From the human T2T-CHM13v2.0 reference genome, Homo sapiens, in NCBI RefSeq assembly GCF_009914755.1, contig NC_060935.1: 64,000 nucleotides of DNA; one strand, 5' to 3'. The notes under the pieces are model-generated. The model did not search any database. It saw only the letters and a list, made by a program, of their open reading frames with translations, and was not told the DNA's origin. The translations under genes were made by a program, and so were the position numbers. Position 1 is the stretch's first letter. Each line of letters begins with the position of its first letter. Below are positions 61,348 through 64,000 of the stretch, piece after piece.

Positions 61348-61479
61348 TTAGTATGTGGAATGAAGTTGGCATTTAGGATACAGAAGATGACAGCTTCTCT
61401 CATTCATAGATGTCTCTTTAACTTCCAATGTGTATTATATATACTTAGCATAAGCGATGTATAGAAGATCATAATAATG

Positions 61480-61690
61480 GGTAGTAGAGTGTCATAGAAA
61501 ACACAGGTCTTGGAGCGTGTTCAAAATAGACCTCCTCTTAGTGTGAACTTGGGCCACGTAACAAAACTCTTTGAACCTCAGTTTTCTCTTATATAAAAGG
61601 AGAACACCAACTTTATGAGACTATTATGAGGATTAATTGAGATAATGTGTGTGAGGTTTGGGACAGATTATAGATAATAAATAATGGTTT
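61480..61690 (+). mobile_element. MIR
   Basis: ctctttgaacctcagttttctcttatataaaagg...tgaggattaattgagataatg. Confidence 0.65.
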
Positions 61691-61839
61691 CCTGTCTTTT
61701 TAGCCTCTTTAGATAATAAAAAGATGAGTGAGACATGAACTCTGCCTCTCCAGAGTCCACTATAGCCTAGCAGAAGAAACATTATACATACTGAAAGACA
61801 GCGCCAGGTGCTGAATAAATTGATAAAAGATAAAATATG

Positions 61840-62143
<304 letters not shown>

Positions 62144-63946
62144 TCAGTCCTTTAAGGAAGTATAAATCAGAACGAGGCAGGGGAAGTTGCTTTTAGCTGT
62201 TTGATCAGGAAAGTCCGGTTTAACTGTCAGAACTGAGGATTGAAAGACGGGTAGACCCAGGACAGGTGGCTGGAAACCGGGGGTGAGGAGTGATGTCTAC
62301 AGTGGAGACAAGACTGAAAAAGCAAGTACTAGGGAAGCCTAAGTCCATCTCCATAGAGAAGGGTTCAGATGGTCTGAGGAAAAGGGCACATGCAGGGAAG
62401 CTGTGTGAAATAAAGATGGAGGAGGTTAGCATTAAATGGCAAGCCAAGAAATTTAGATGTTTTCCCTAAGCGAGTGCTTTCAATATGGGGATAGGGTTTG
62501 GTATCAGTTGAAACAACTGAAGGAACAGTTGTTAGGGGAGTAGGAAACTGCTGAAGATATTTGAGCAAGGAAGCTCTGGGATCCATGTTGCACATCAGAA
62601 AGTTAGCCTGCATATCACTGTGTGTGCCCCGGTGCAGGGGAGAAACTGGTGACCAGGAAGACAGGTTAGAGCACGTGTCCAGGAGGGAGGTGATGAGGCC
62701 TGAACTAGAATAGTGGCAGATAGAGATGGTGCAGATAAAATTGATAGACTATTAAGGTCTAGGGAGAAGTCCAAACCAGTAACAAGATTTTGAGCCTAGA
62801 TGGAGGGTGAGAGCCATTTTCAGAAATGGAGAACTAAAGGCAGGGCAGATTCAAGAAGGCCGACCATGAGTTCAGCCAAGCGTAGCCCACAACAGGCAGC
62901 TCAGTGCGAGGCTGCCACAAGCCAGTGTTGACCGAAAGGATTTAGTGTCTGGGCCCCTAAGGATGAGTCCACTGCCTAGGGACAGTCTTTCTTCTCTGTC
63001 TGTGGTTGCTACTACAGTCCCACTCAGAAAGTTAGACATAAATTAAGGCAGCATCATTCATTTATTTTAAAGATGTAATTCCCTCAAAAGAATTAAAATG
63101 CAGTTGACTAAAGGCTTGTCTGTGAGGGCATCAGGCCTAAAACACAGATTGGGCACTGACTGCTGTATTATATAGGGCAAGCTATTTTTAAAGCTTGTGA
63201 TTGTTACTGTAACCAGAAAACAGGCAGGAAATGAATGATTTTGCAAAAGATATAGACAGGAGCTAGATGGTATATTTGCATTTGTAGGAAGAGCAGTGCC
63301 ACGCTGGAGCTGGTCACCCACACTGGCAATGCCATGCTGGCACTCAGTCAGGCCATAGACATCCTCCGGGCTTCTTTGTGGACCGTTTTATTTATGTCAG
63401 CAAAAACGCTTGTCCCTCTTCCCTCCCTAAGACCTCTTTCTTGGGGCCCATAAATAAGTGCACACACACACACAGAAAAACTTATCAGAGACACAGTTCC
63501 CTTTTTATTGAGACTGCCTCATGTGCATTTACTGTAACACCCATTTGTTGTTTTCTGATTGATGCTTCATAGCTGCATGTATTGATACTTGCATTTCTCC
63601 TCTCAACTGGGGACAGGTATTGTGCATCTCAAAGAGACTTCAGCTCTCCTTCCCTCCCAGAAATCTTCAGTGCTTAAAATTGTCAGTAAAATCCCTTGGG
63701 GAGTCTGAATGGAAACTTTGGTTTGCAGTTTCAAAAAAATATTGCCTTTCTGAGATAGTTGCCCAACTCTAGATAAGAATGGTTGGATCAGGTGTTCCAA
63801 ACAGGAACTGAGATCCACAGATGACATGGGGGCCATATGGGAGGGCAGATGCATAAACCTTGTAGAATAAATCTACTTCAAGTATCTCTTTTTAATAAGG
63901 AATTTTATATACATACATATACACGCACACTTGAGTCATTTTTAGC

Positions 63947-64000
63947 TTTTTTTTTTTTTTTTTTTTTTTTTTGAGATGGAGTATCACTCTTGTCACCCAG
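63947..64000 (-). mobile_element. Alu 3' end, cut by the window edge
   Basis: Poly-T then gagatggagtatcactcttgtcacccag. Confidence 0.85.

Overview
Primate (human or very close ape) genomic DNA from inside SIK2 (salt-inducible kinase 2, AMPK family), transcribed on the + strand. Six coding exons have canonical AG/GT boundaries and consistent phases: 36153-36314, 49035-49159, 49601-49724, 51356-51576, 53140-53292 and 60364-60528. I infer these are exons 4-9, about residues 106-422, covering the kinase C-lobe, UBA domain and PKA/14-3-3 sites. Bases 1-36152 are the distal part of a very large intron. The introns hold about 30 Alu elements, MIR/L2/L1 fragments, MaLR LTRs (THE1, MLT1), hAT fossils (MER5, MER1B), a near full-length antisense KRT8 processed pseudogene and a 3'-truncated tailless 7SK retrocopy. 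I see no evidence of a wholly new gene system. The most unusual signals are small: a 22-nt insertion in an Alu apparently copied from 1.9 kb away; an L1 with a short 3' transduction; a tandem array of AP-1 sites; a fold-back insertion in an Alu; an old flank+Alu tandem duplication; inverted Alus around the symmetric catalytic-loop exon (possible editing, skipping or a stop-free circRNA); and CRE/MEF2/NBRE motifs that could form feedback inputs. Repeat subfamily calls are by eye and boundaries of old repeats are approximate.
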